64,000 bases of DNA from IMG/VR virus record IMGVR_UViG_3300020577_014021, one strand, 5' to 3'. Of this stretch, positions 51,639 to 62,443 are shown one piece after another. The first letter of the stretch is position 1. Each line of letters starts with the position of its first letter. The notes beneath the pieces were generated by a model, which searched no databases, was not told the DNA's origin, and was given only the letters and a program-made list of their open reading frames with translations. This DNA comes from a virus. Lineage: Duplodnaviria > Caudoviricetes. Made by a program: the position numbers and the translations under genes.

Positions 51639-51711
51639 TCCGGCTTAGCTCAGTTGGCAGAGCAAGTGACTGTTAATCACTGGGTCGCAGGTTCGAGTCC
51701 TGCAGCCGGAG
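51639..51711 (+). tRNA. tRNA-Asn(GTT)
   Basis: Canonical cloverleaf; loop CT-GTT-AA. Confidence 0.95.
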
Positions 51712-51747
51712 TTGCTGTAAAAAACAGAGATATTAATAGGAGAAAAT

Positions 51748-52125
51748 ATGGATATTGTGAACCCAGATGAAATACTTGCTTTAGCCACTAATCAAAAAAA
51801 ACAATGTGAAGAAAGATTAATTGAGTTAAAACAAAAAGTAGAAATTTTACAAAATCAAATCGAATTATATGATTCTGTGATTGCTACGTTTAACAAAAAC
51901 AATAAATATCCCCGAGGTTTTTTGTTAAATTCAATTTTACAACGTTTAAAGCCCAACGAAGTATTCAGTCGCATAGACCTTGAAAAAAGATTGACAGATG
52001 ATAATATCAATATTAAAAAACAAACATTGAATAATTACATATACCAATTATCTTTAAATAATGTTATAAAAAAACAGGGGAATGGAAAATTTAGATTCAT
52101 AGGTAAAAGTGAGATCAAAGAATGA
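51748..52125 (+). CDS. coiled-coil + winged-HTH protein
   Basis: Same architecture as 25406-25804. Confidence 0.55.
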   Translation: MDIVNPDEILALATNQKKQCEERLIELKQKVEILQNQIELYDSVIATFNKNNKYPRGFLLNSILQRLKPNEVFSRIDLEKRLTDDNINIKKQTLNNYIYQLSLNNVIKKQGNGKFRFIGKSEIKE

Positions 52126-52334
52126 AAGCCTTATTATTAAGTAGTTTATTGTTAATTAGCTGTGGTAATGAAAAATACCAGTTAACAAAAACAAAAATCC
52201 ACGTAGTTTGTTTTGACGGTGATGAGGTGGTTTATGATGATTGGGCAGATAATATTGTAAAAAAAGGACCAACTTGGATCATTACCAATGATTCTTTGAT
52301 GGTTAGTCTTAAAGGTGAATGCATAAAAAAATGA
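52122..52334 (+). CDS. putative lipoprotein
   Basis: MKALLLSSLLLISC lipobox-like signal. Confidence 0.5.
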   Translation: MKALLLSSLLLISCGNEKYQLTKTKIHVVCFDGDEVVYDDWADNIVKKGPTWIITNDSLMVSLKGECIKK

Positions 52335-52561
52335 CAATTACTGGTACTTATCACTATATCACATTCAAAAACGCAGCTGAGATTTTAGATATTTCAAAAA
52401 AACAGTTATTGACATTTTTAAAAAATGGTGATTTAAAAGAAAACCATGGTTACATTGAATTACGTGAATTATCAGCTTTCAAAGTAAAATTAAATTTTGA
52501 TAGAGAAAAAGTTTTAGATGAATTAGTTGAGATATCACAAAAATTAAGATTATACGAATAA
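52319..52561 (+). CDS. excisionase-like HTH protein
   Basis: T...AAEILDIS...L...L..G.L. Confidence 0.55.
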   Translation: MHKKMTITGTYHYITFKNAAEILDISKKQLLTFLKNGDLKENHGYIELRELSAFKVKLNFDREKVLDELVEISQKLRLYE

Positions 52562-52566
52562 ATCAA

Positions 52567-52649
52567 GGACAGATGGGTGAACGGTTAAACCAGCAGACTG
52601 TAAATCTGCCCCCCTTACGGGGTTGCAAGTTCGAATCTTGCTCTGTCCA
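52567..52649 (+). tRNA. tRNA-Tyr(GTA)
   Basis: Cloverleaf with long variable arm; loop CT-GTA-AA. Confidence 0.93.
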
Positions 52650-52655
52650 TATTAA

Positions 52656-52730
52656 GCTAGAGTAGCCCAATTGGTAGGAGGCGCCAGTCTTAGAAGCTGG
52701 GCAGTGTGGGTTCGAATCCCTCCTCTAGCA
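52656..52730 (+). tRNA. tRNA-Leu(TAG), short variable arm
   Basis: Cloverleaf; loop CT-TAG-AA; 5-nt variable loop. Confidence 0.88.
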
Positions 52731-52899
52731 TATGAAAAAACAAGTATATACTGTAGTCTATCTCAATGATAATGGTGACTTGCGTTATGGAGAGTTTGAT
52801 TCAATTGCGGAATCTCGTAATTTCATTGAAGAAAAAATTGACAATTTGAAAGCTGTTATTATTAAGGGTGAATTTTTCGAAGATCATACTTAAAGTTAA

Positions 52900-53033
52900 G
52901 CCGCTGCGCTGTGGTGGGAACACAGAGCACTAGCCTTACTAACGGGAGCTGTGAGTTGTTGAGGTGGCCACCAAAACAACATGTCCAGATGAGGCACGAC
53001 AATCACAATCAGGTTCGAATCCTGACAGCGGCA
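52900..53033 (+). ncRNA. 134-nt tRNA-like RNA with extra arms
   Basis: Perfect acceptor stem GCCGCTG/CAGCGGC-A; T arm TCAGG-TTCGAAT-CCTGA; four internal hairpins. Confidence 0.7.
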
Positions 53034-53046
53034 TGAAAGGAAAAAC

Positions 53047-53331
53047 GTGAAAACAAAATCTAATTATTTATGTTATTTTAAAGAAGAATTAGATGAAATA
53101 GGACCACCTGAAAAATGGAAAGAAAAAGATTTTGAGTTAATTTCAGCTTATAGTTATGACGACGCTGCAGCTCAATTTGTAAATGGATTAGAAAAGTGGA
53201 CAGAGCCTTTAGAAGATGGAGAATCAACAGAAATTATAATAATTAAAAAAATTACAGATAAACCACGATGTTTTCGTGTTGAATCTTCGGTTTCTATTGA
53301 ATATGACTTTGAAGAAATTAAAAACGATTAG
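53047..53331 (+). CDS. hypothetical protein (A.s..AA paralog family)
   Basis: Similar to 38671, 45087 and the C-terminus of 39913. Confidence 0.55.
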   Translation: MKTKSNYLCYFKEELDEIGPPEKWKEKDFELISAYSYDDAAAQFVNGLEKWTEPLEDGESTEIIIIKKITDKPRCFRVESSVSIEYDFEEIKND

Positions 53332-53366
53332 CTAGAAAAAATAATTGAGCCGCCTAAGGAGAAGTT

Positions 53367-53612
53367 ATGATCAATAAAGAATATATAGAGAAAAAATTAA
53401 CGATGCCTCCTGTTGTATGTGAACAAATAGATGATGATGGAGCCAAGTGGTTTTTATCATTTGGTGGACATGATCCATTAGAAGACGAATGCATTGAATT
53501 AACAGAAAAACAATGTTTTTGGATTAAAGACAAAATAGAAAAAATGGATCTCAATTATTATGTTTTAGCTGCTGAAAAACAAAAAAGATTGCAACTTTTT
53601 CCTGAAAAATAA
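53367..53612 (+). CDS. hypothetical protein (LSFGG family)
   Basis: AAGGAG RBS; homolog of 26275-26487. Confidence 0.6.
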   Translation: MINKEYIEKKLTMPPVVCEQIDDDGAKWFLSFGGHDPLEDECIELTEKQCFWIKDKIEKMDLNYYVLAAEKQKRLQLFPEK

Positions 53613-53621
53613 AACAAATAC

Positions 53622-53695
53622 GGGTGATTAACTCAGATGGATAGAGTGTGGATCTTCTAAGTCCAAAGTCGGTGGTTCGAATCCACCATCACCCA
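53622..53695 (+). tRNA. tRNA-Arg(TCT)
   Basis: Canonical cloverleaf; loop CT-TCT-AA. Confidence 0.95.
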
Positions 53696-53696
53696 T

Positions 53697-53724
53697 ATGT
53701 ATCCGACATCAATGTCGGATACAT
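53697..53724. repeat. 13-bp perfect palindrome after tRNA-Arg
   Basis: ATGTATCCGACAT-CA-ATGTCGGATACAT. Confidence 0.65.
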
Positions 53725-53730
53725 GATTAC

Positions 53731-54240
53731 TTGAATATGAGAACATATCAACAACATTGGTTAAAACATGGCATTGCCAAAGATATGCGTCTCAATGCTT
53801 TACGACAAGGAACATATAATGGTTCACCAACAATTGAAAACCAAAGATTGATTAAAAAATGTACTGCACGTCATCTTATAACAGGTACAACACTTGTTTT
53901 TACATATGATGAAGGTATGCATTCATGTGGTTGGTGGAAAAATCCAGATTATGAACGTTGTTATCATTTATCATTAAGTTTTTTTGATCCTATTACTTTA
54001 GCCAATGTACCACACAATAAAAAAATTGCTAAAGAATGGTTAGATGCTTTTTATGGCAATGATTGTAATTATATATGGGCAGAACCACCATATAGCAATG
54101 CAGGAAAAGAAAAAGACATCTGGCATTATCGTTTGTTTTGTGATATAAACTGGAAACCTATTTTACCAAGAAAAGAAGTTTATTCTACTGAATTTACGCC
54201 AAATAGTTGGATATCATTTAGTGAAATAAATTTTGAATAA
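53731..54240 (+). CDS. hypothetical protein
   Basis: Trp/His/Cys-rich; HSCGWWKNPDYERCYHLSLSF. Confidence 0.55.
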   Translation: MNMRTYQQHWLKHGIAKDMRLNALRQGTYNGSPTIENQRLIKKCTARHLITGTTLVFTYDEGMHSCGWWKNPDYERCYHLSLSFFDPITLANVPHNKKIAKEWLDAFYGNDCNYIWAEPPYSNAGKEKDIWHYRLFCDINWKPILPRKEVYSTEFTPNSWISFSEINFE

Positions 54241-54438
54241 TAATGTATGAAATTTTTAGGATTACGTATTTATACTGAACAAGAATATAAAAAGAAAGGG
54301 ACTTATATACTTGACACACACGATTAAATCCATTAATGTTAAATCCTGGAGATAAAATAAAAATGGAAAATTGCAGAGGCAAGAATGCAAGCAAATGCTA
54401 CAGTAGCCTTGGAAGGCAAGTTTTAGTAATCATATACA

Positions 54439-54993
54439 ATGCATATCAAACATTTTGTTAACCTCACTAATGGCTTAGAATTTATTCATCAACTACCACA
54501 CTACGAATTTATCAGAATCCAGTCATCCACCATAGAACAAAAAAACTGGTTTAAATTATTTAGCGATCTTGACAATAATTTTTTAATGAATCTTGTGATT
54601 GGCAATAAGTGCATTGTATATGATTGCGGCACCAATAGAAAAATGTCAAAAACTATTTATCTTGGGGTGCCCATGATCAATTATGTGTTATCAAAGTTTT
54701 TTGATTTAGAACTTCCACCAGCTATTCGTTATTCTCGCACAGGTTTAGAACAATTTAATGAAACAACTTTTTATAATTCTATATACGATAATTTGTTTAA
54801 TCATAATTGTCGTAATGAAAAATTGAGTTTAAAACATAAACTAAAATACTATAAAAAATTCATCAATTGCACAAAAATCAAACTCACTGGTATTTCTGTA
54901 GCTACCACACATGATGGTGACTACGCATATTATTCAAATCTACTCAACCAACATAACAAAAATAATCAAACTTTAACCATCCAACTTGTATAA
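54439..54993 (+). CDS. conserved phage hypothetical protein
   Basis: NLTNGLE..RIQS..EQK.W..CIVYD.G..T.HDGDY. Confidence 0.6.
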   Translation: MHIKHFVNLTNGLEFIHQLPHYEFIRIQSSTIEQKNWFKLFSDLDNNFLMNLVIGNKCIVYDCGTNRKMSKTIYLGVPMINYVLSKFFDLELPPAIRYSRTGLEQFNETTFYNSIYDNLFNHNCRNEKLSLKHKLKYYKKFINCTKIKLTGISVATTHDGDYAYYSNLLNQHNKNNQTLTIQLV

Positions 54994-55001
54994 TATTACA
55001 A

Positions 55002-55478
55002 ATGGATTCAGTACATTTTAAATCAGAATCTGATGAATGGGAAACCCCACAAGATTTTTTTGATAAATTAAATCAAATCTTTAATTTTAAAATTGATGCA
55101 GCAGCTACTTTACAAAATTCCAAATGTCAACAAAGATATGAAGATGGTTTAAAACAATTATGGGAATATTCAACTTTTTGCAATCCACCCTATAGTCAAC
55201 TATCACAATGGGTTGATCATGCCATAAAAAGCTCATTACAAACCAATGAACCAATTGTAATGTTAATACCTGCTAGGACTGATACTAAAGCATTTCAGAA
55301 AATAGCTCAATATGGTTCTATTTTGTTTATTAAAGGCCGCTTAAAATTTAGAAACCCACTAAAATCAACCATTAATCCAGCACCTTTCCCCTCAGCTTTA
55401 ATCTTTTTAAACACTGATAACTACAAAAACCAAATTAAAACATATTTAGAACCTCTTGGATTCCTTTTATCTAAATAA
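55002..55478 (+). CDS. phage DNA N6-adenine methyltransferase (Dam-like)
   Basis: W.TPQ.FF..L..F.IDAAA..NPPYS..LIPARTDT..GRLKF..APFPS. Confidence 0.92.
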   Translation: MDSVHFKSESDEWETPQDFFDKLNQIFNFKIDAAATLQNSKCQQRYEDGLKQLWEYSTFCNPPYSQLSQWVDHAIKSSLQTNEPIVMLIPARTDTKAFQKIAQYGSILFIKGRLKFRNPLKSTINPAPFPSALIFLNTDNYKNQIKTYLEPLGFLLSK

Positions 55479-55574
55479 CTTATAATATTTAAAATACTTA
55501 TAAATGTTATTGACTCTATAAACTTTATAAGTTATATAAGATTTATAAGATGTTTAAAAAAAACAAGGAACTCT

Positions 55575-55952
55575 ATGTCTACCAAAGCTACGTTAACCAT
55601 AATTGATAATATAAATGATTTAGCTATTCATCTTTACACAGAAAAAAGAGGAACACCTACAGAAATTGCTGATGATTTAGATACTATTATAAGCAATATT
55701 AACCCAGTGGGAGCAGAACGCTCATTAGGAGAAAAATTATTAAGACATTTTTCTGATTATGAGCTTATCGATTTAAAATATGTAAAACTTGAGATGGATG
55801 CTGAATTTCACTACAATATCATACTCAGAGATAATGCAGATGAATGCAAAATGATTGTTGAAGTGCCATATTATATGAAGCACTACAATATATTGTCTGT
55901 TGATAAGTTGTTTGATTTTATAAAGAAGTACAGCTCACGCCCTATTGCGTGA
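55575..55952 (+). CDS. hypothetical protein
   Basis: ORF behind the 55510 promoter. Confidence 0.55.
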   Translation: MSTKATLTIIDNINDLAIHLYTEKRGTPTEIADDLDTIISNINPVGAERSLGEKLLRHFSDYELIDLKYVKLEMDAEFHYNIILRDNADECKMIVEVPYYMKHYNILSVDKLFDFIKKYSSRPIA

Positions 55953-55957
55953 GCTGT
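55930..55957 (+). terminator. GC-rich hairpin at gene end (possible terminator)
   Basis: ACAGCTCACGC/GCGTGAGCTGT 11-bp stem; no U tract. Confidence 0.4.
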
Positions 55958-56053
55958 CACCCAGGAGTTACACAAAAAAATTATGTAATTATAGAACTAC
56001 TATAATATATCCATAAAAAAAGCAACAACTATTTTAAAACTAAAGATAAAAAT

Positions 56054-56467
56054 ATGACCAAAAACAATAAAAATTCTTATGAAAATGCCTTAAATCAATT
56101 AGAACAGTTTCTAAAAGATGAACCTATAAAAATCTTTAATGAAAAACTCATTACATTGGCAGCTAAAGAAATCTTAAGTCTATACAAGGCAGAAAAATGG
56201 CAATGTAAAAACATCCAAGAAATTAGAGACCATGCCATAAAAAACCATGTTTTAGAAAGTTGGATTAACCGGTTGACATGGGAAAATAAATTTATCATAC
56301 TAGCTTTTAATTCAAAGAATTCTACAGTGGAAGCTAACTTCAATAAAATGAACAAAGATATTTTAGGTGAAATATGTAGACATTATTTGATTATCGAAGC
56401 CTGTGAAATCATTATGAAAAACTTTATAAGGTCTACAAAAACCAAAAAAAATAAAGGAGAAAAATGA
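56054..56467 (+). CDS. hypothetical protein
   Basis: 137-aa ORF. Confidence 0.5.
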   Translation: MTKNNKNSYENALNQLEQFLKDEPIKIFNEKLITLAAKEILSLYKAEKWQCKNIQEIRDHAIKNHVLESWINRLTWENKFIILAFNSKNSTVEANFNKMNKDILGEICRHYLIIEACEIIMKNFIRSTKTKKNKGEK

Positions 56468-56641
56468 CAAAGGAAACCAATTTATACGAAAATCTCTTCT
56501 GTGGAAGCTTCTTATTTGTGTGGTTATTTTATTTCTTCTTATAATTAGAATTGACTTTTATTTAAAAAAGTGGCAATACATATAATGTATAAAATGCTTT
56601 TTTAATGAAAAGTACATATTACTATTATAACGGAGATAAAA

Positions 56642-56890
56642 ATGTTAGAGTTAAATGATGAAATAGTTGTAGTTGCTAAACTTCAAGCCAGAAATGACAA
56701 ATTTGGCAACCCAAGAAGTGCTTATTTAGTAAACACTTATGAAGGCGAAACAGTAAAAATATACGAAGATACCAAAGAAGGTATGAAGCAGCTAAAGGAA
56801 TTGTTACCAGATTTTGTAAAACCTACTTTTACTATTAGGGTAGAACTAAGGGAATTGAAAATACATTTAGATCAAGGAAAGTATTTATAA
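56642..56890 (+). CDS. hypothetical protein
   Basis: GGAG RBS; ND..GNPR motif. Confidence 0.55.
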   Translation: MLELNDEIVVVAKLQARNDKFGNPRSAYLVNTYEGETVKIYEDTKEGMKQLKELLPDFVKPTFTIRVELRELKIHLDQGKYL

Positions 56891-58205
56891 AGGATTTATG
56901 AAAGACAGAACTCGTGAAAACTTAAGCTTTGCTGAACAATTAAAATTAGCCCTGAGCGGCTTAAATAATGATAAAAAACAGCAAACAGTAAATAAAAACC
57001 AAAAACAACTTAATCTTAAACAAGTAGAAGTTGTTAAAATATCTGCACAAAAATCACATTAGCATACATTTCATGCAAATTTTTTATCTCATTCAAGAAT
57101 TAAACCTCACTGAACAAAAAACAAAATACATTCAAGCTTGCACTTCATTTAATGAAGCACAAATTATTTTGTTTTCTTGTGAATCCCAAAAACCTGATAA
57201 TTTAAATTATCACTACAAAATCATCCCCTTCTCTGCCCCTAACTCCAAAGTTATACATAATCTATTTAACTATTCATGTAGTTAAATAATTGATATATAC
57301 TTATTTCTTATAATATTTTTATTTTTTTAAAGTAAAATAGTGGAAAAGTGTTTTTTTTTATGTTAAATGCGTCTTATGAAAATACACTATATTCTACTAA
57401 TATTTCTTTTGGTATTTTTAGTAGTTCAAATTAAACCGGTCAATAGAATATTAAAAAAAATGATCAGTCTAATCATTTTTCTAATATTGCAATTGACGAT
57501 GTACTTCTTAAATATACTTCAAAAAATACTACACAAACTTAATGACAAATAAGACATTTTAATTGTTTTAATCAAAATTTCATCTTCATTCATTATTCAT
57601 CTTATAACACACAAAAAATTATAGTGCAAATATAAGTTAAAAAAACTATAATATTTATTTAACTTATAAATGATATTTATTGATATAGTTTATTCCCACT
57701 CGTACCTACACTTTTTTAAAAAAACATAAAAATTGCTTCATAAAATATTATGTTTTGATAAAATTTTAATGATTTTGTTAATAAACTCATCAATTCAACA
57801 AAGTAATTAATAAATTAAATCATATACTTAATTGATTTACATACAAAAATACAATAAAAAACATCGAAAAAAATAGCGTGCGCACTTGACTAAAATCAAT
57901 AATCTGTTACTATGTATTTATAGTTGATGAAAACAAGTAAAGAAGAAGTAAGATAATATGCTGAAATGTAGTTGCTAAGAAGAAAGGAGAAACGCATGAG
58001 TTCGATTAATTTAATTAACATTTTATATTAAACATCATGCGACCACATATGTTATTTTTATATATATGGAGCATGATGATATGAAATGTTAATCGGCCGC
58101 TGAAAAATTGCTGAAAATAATAAGCTGAAAAAAATTTGAGAAGACCGTAAAGATGAGATAAAATTTTATTAAACCTTAAAACAAAAAATTAAACTGGAGA
58201 GAAAA

Positions 58206-59456
58206 ATGGAAGCTGAAATGATGGAAATGACCACTGAAGTACAAAATGTTGAAATGAAGCCGCACAAGCCAAAGCGTCACTACATGTCTAAAAAGGCACG
58301 TAAAGAAGCTGTTATTGTTACTGAACCTGAATCAGAAAATTTTGATGAATTAGAAGTCAATGACTATGACATTTCATCAATTCCCAATGATTTTAACGTC
58401 AGTACAATTTTCAACCAGATTGAAAGGGGAATTTTAAAGATTCCTCCTTTTCAAAGAAATTATGTGTGGGATATCAAACGTGCAAGTAAATTGATTGAAT
58501 CAATTTTAAGAGGTTTGCCAATCCCTCAAATTTTCTTGTATGAAACAGATAATAAAGAATTGCTGATCTTGGATGGTCAGCAACGTCTGATGTCCATTTA
58601 CTACTTTATGAAAATGCACTTTCCCGTCAAAGAAAGACGTGCAGAATTAAAGTCTCAATGGAGTACAGGTCATGTTTCAGAAAATGTTTTAACAGATAAG
58701 CAATATTTTAAGGATTTTAAGCTTAAATTGCCAGACACAGCTTTAAATAAACGTAATAAGTATAAAAACTTAACTTACGCCACTTTAAGCGAAGCTGACA
58801 AACAAGAATTTGATTTGCGCACCATTCGTTGTGTTATTATCAAAAAGGATAAACCCAATACAGATGATTCTTGTGTTTTTGAAATTTTCCACCGTTTAAA
58901 TTCAGGTGGTGTTAATTTGCATCCACAAGAAATCAGGATGAGTTTATATTACTCCAAATTCTATGAAATTTTAACTGATTTGAATAATTTACCAGAATGG
59001 CGTAAAATTCTGGGTTCAGATCATCCAGAATTTCATACAAAAGACATTGAAACTATTTTGCGCGGATTTGCCTTTTTAGAATTTGGTGAAAAATATACGC
59101 CATCTTTAATTAAGTTTTTGAATAATTACAGTAAAAAGTCTCAAGCCAACACGACTGATGAAAATAATTATCTCAGAAACCTGTTTCTATCATTTCTACA
59201 AGCTTGTAAGCACTTGCCTGAAGAGATTTTTGTTAGAAATGATAAATTTAATTTGACCTTGTTTGAGTCTGTATTTGTGGCTACTTGTTCTGAACCATTT
59301 ACCAAGAAGACTATTGTGACTAAAGAGTTGAAAAGTCATGATATTCAGAAGTTGGCCAATGATCCAGAATTTATTGAAACCACACAGAAAAACACCACTT
59401 CCTCCGTCAATGTTCGTAAGCGCCTCACTCGGGCAAATGAAATTTTAAATTCCTAA
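58206..59456 (+). CDS. DUF262 (GmrS/ParB-like) domain protein
   Basis: P.FQRNYVW..SKLIESI..GLPIP; DGQQRL; IF.RLNSGG..L..QEIR. Confidence 0.9.
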   Translation: MEAEMMEMTTEVQNVEMKPHKPKRHYMSKKARKEAVIVTEPESENFDELEVNDYDISSIPNDFNVSTIFNQIERGILKIPPFQRNYVWDIKRASKLIESILRGLPIPQIFLYETDNKELLILDGQQRLMSIYYFMKMHFPVKERRAELKSQWSTGHVSENVLTDKQYFKDFKLKLPDTALNKRNKYKNLTYATLSEADKQEFDLRTIRCVIIKKDKPNTDDSCVFEIFHRLNSGGVNLHPQEIRMSLYYSKFYEILTDLNNLPEWRKILGSDHPEFHTKDIETILRGFAFLEFGEKYTPSLIKFLNNYSKKSQANTTDENNYLRNLFLSFLQACKHLPEEIFVRNDKFNLTLFESVFVATCSEPFTKKTIVTKELKSHDIQKLANDPEFIETTQKNTTSSVNVRKRLTRANEILNS

Positions 59457-59597
59457 AGCCTATTGACTTAGAGTTACACATCTTATAAGACTTTTTAAAG
59501 CTGTTCAAAACAAAAAGGAGATTGATGTGAAACCCAGGTCATGTTCGTCTATATTTTTTAAAATATTGCAGTACAAACTTTTAAATGAGGGTCAATA

Positions 59598-60698
59598 ATG
59601 CAATTACCAGAATGCTACACATTATCACGCCAATGGGATTATGAAGTTAGTGCAAAATTCAATGATTTTAATGTTTTCTTGACAAGGTTAAGGGAGATGA
59701 ATTACAACATTAACGGTTCAAATTTAATCCAACTTGAGCAAATCATGCAACAGTGCAAGATTTTATCTGATCAAGCATTAAAAAATATAAAATCTGAAAA
59801 AATAAAAAAAGAAGAGACCCCGCCTAGCCAACCTCTTCACCAAGAAGATACCTTCGAAAAAGATAACTAGCTTTAAATTTAATCTATTTATAATAACAAT
59901 AGATTATTTAAAAAAACCTGTTATGATTGTTTATCAAATTGACTACGTCATCAACAAAAATTTTATAAGACAAATTATTAAGTATTACGCTAAAATGAAA
60001 GTTCCTTATAAAATTTTCATAAATATAAATTCATTTAATATAGGCTTTAACAAAAACAAAAAAACCTTAGATGAAGCTTTAAATTATTGTTTTGAGACCC
60101 TCAATAAAGCTCATAATCCAAATTTTTGGGTAAAGCCTTCTTACATGAAAATGTTCAAACTGCCAGATTCTGATGAAACTAAATATACCTAATGTTTATA
60201 CTAAGTTAAAGAGCATTATGTATGAAAAAACAAACTCCTTATTTATATTTCTTCGTGGAAAAACTTGTAAAAGACCGCTGGTATTCTTGCGACACATGGG
60301 AAGAAGATCCTTACTATTTAGGATGCTTTCAGGTACCTGAAAAATTTTCTTTTTATAAAGAACAAAATCCTATTTTTATTGATTTATTGACTGGCATTAA
60401 TAGTGATATAGGTCCACTAAAACCATTAGCAGGCTTACCAGGATGGCCTAGTACTCCCATCAAACTAATCATAGAATACGAAAAAATGCGTGGCGGTGGC
60501 TTCTCACGATATCATACTTATTATTCAGTTAGTGAACTCACACATTTATTTGAAACCAAAAAATACAGTCGCCCACTATCTGATATTATTAAAAAAGCTT
60601 CAGGTAATTTTTGTAAAGATGTTTTACCAAAATTAAAGAAAATAAAAATGCAAAAAGAAGTGTCTGACGTGCGAGTAATTGTATGGTTTGATAGCTAA
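59598..60698 (+). CDS. three hypothetical ORFs (59598, 59923, 60222)
   Basis: Co-oriented ORFs; 60222 ends DVRVIVWFDS, a common phage-protein ending. Confidence 0.5.
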
Positions 60699-60707
60699 AT
60701 TTATTGC

Positions 60708-61396
60708 TTATTTGGTATTTTCTGTCTTACAGAAAGTATCTATTGCCTGCCATGTCCTTGTATCTGTAATCTGGCCATTATCCTTCATCTGCTTTACAGA
60801 AGCACAAAATTCATCAATGGGCGCCCTATTAAACCCGGTATTTTCGTCTAAGCATATTTCAGTACCAGATTTCATTTTCCCCACTTCCCTTTCTAAATTT
60901 AAATGAGCATTAGTATTATTGGCTTTAAACATTAAATTCATAGACTGAGTAAAATAATGTTTCCATTCAATACAAGTAATTTTGCTTAAAAACCCACCAC
61001 AAGACATATGTTCCTTTCTAAAATTTACAGGATTTCTTTAAAATAAAGAATTCCACTGCCAACCATTTCATGAAAACTAAAATTATTAAAAGTTTCACTG
61101 TCAATCGTCAATCGACTACCAAAGTTTTCAAAATAATCATCAAACCATCCTACTGCACGGTGAACATCTATCACATCAAAAATAAATTTACTTTTTTCTT
61201 CAGTCTTTTTCTCATGCTCTACTTTAACTAATTCAACTATAAAACACGTCAATGAACGTGATTCAATATGTTCATATTTAAATGGCAATGTAAAATCTGT
61301 ATATACATAATATTTTCTATTTAATTGTAATTTATTTTCCTCATATAATTGTAACATTCCAATAATTGAACTAACGTGATAATAATTATTTGACAT
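60708..61396 (-). CDS. two hypothetical ORFs (60708-61007, 61025-61396)
   Basis: ORFs with AAGG RBSs. Confidence 0.45.
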
Positions 61397-61454
61397 AATT
61401 AACCTTTTTATAATATAGTAAAGCACCAGCTGAAAATATTAGGAGATAATAATC

Positions 61455-62443
61455 ATGGTAGAATTAATTTTTGAAAATGAATCATTTAAAATTTTCTTAA
61501 TGTATAAGAATCTTTCTTACAAAATAGAATCACTTTGCTATCTAATATGTCCAAAATATCTCAATGTTCCTATAGTTAATTTCAAGTACCTTGCTAAATT
61601 ACACCAATCATTACTTGACATAGGTGCTGTACCCCTTAACAACTTAGACCCAAGTTTCTTTGATCAAGAATCACTGGAAAAACATGTAAGCATAAGTAAG
61701 AATAAATTTCAATACCTACTACCCATTATTAATTGGAAAAATTTAAAAAAAGTAAGTATTAATGCTTACCAAGATTTTGTAGATTTAAATATAAATTTCA
61801 AAAAAGAAGAAAAAGTGTCGCAGGATTGTCTGGTGAACTTGTTAAATAATTTAAATGATGATATTTATTTGTTTAACGTATGAAGTTGAACTACCATATT
61901 GAACCTACGCCAGAAGAAATCACCACTATAGTCAAACAAGAAATAGTAAAACATGGTAAAAGACCAGATTTTGACAATTTCTTGTTAATATTTAAAAAAA
62001 AACAATATAGCCTTTTTCCTTATTTTAAGCATATTAAAGATTACCTAAGAACTTATGAATTAGATAAAAATCTAATTTTGCAATTCATGTTTAAATTAGA
62101 AATAGCAGAAAACATGCTTTTAGAAGGTGCTACCTTAAAGGAAATTAGACAACAAACTGAAATTCCTGATGAATTGTTGTTTTTAATTATTAAAAAATAT
62201 CATAAAAAAATACCCAAAGAAGTTTGGGAAATGAAATTAATGCATTATAGGTTAATGCAAGTTACACACAATATACACAATTTTTATAAAAACATTTTAG
62301 AAAAATACACACCAATAGACAAAAAAGAGTTTATAGAGAATTTTTACCATACTATAATAGACATGGGCATGTTAGATGAAGGGGATGTGCCATATTCTGA
62401 GTTGTATACTTATATATTAGGAACTTCAGATGAATCTTTCTAA
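61455..62443 (+). CDS. two hypothetical ORFs (61455, 61880)
   Basis: Coupled ORFs upstream of GMP reductase. Confidence 0.5.

Larger units (their letters stand above)
35632..59490 (+). promoter_or_regulatory. series of sigma70-type (probably early) promoters
   Basis: TTGAC(A/T) -35 boxes at about 35632, 37320, 38608, 41556, 46214, 48375, 49148, 55510, 56551, 57886 and 59463, followed by TAnnnT; several followed by TT(C/T)ATAAG(T/A)TG. Confidence 0.6.

Noticed and set aside
52900-53033. Group I intron-containing tRNA or tmRNA
   Set aside because: The extra ~60 nt is too short for a ribozyme core and there is no tag reading frame.
54340-54425. Riboswitch-like GC-rich patch
   Set aside because: Only short stems; better explained as a small ORF (MLNPGDKIKMENCRG...).
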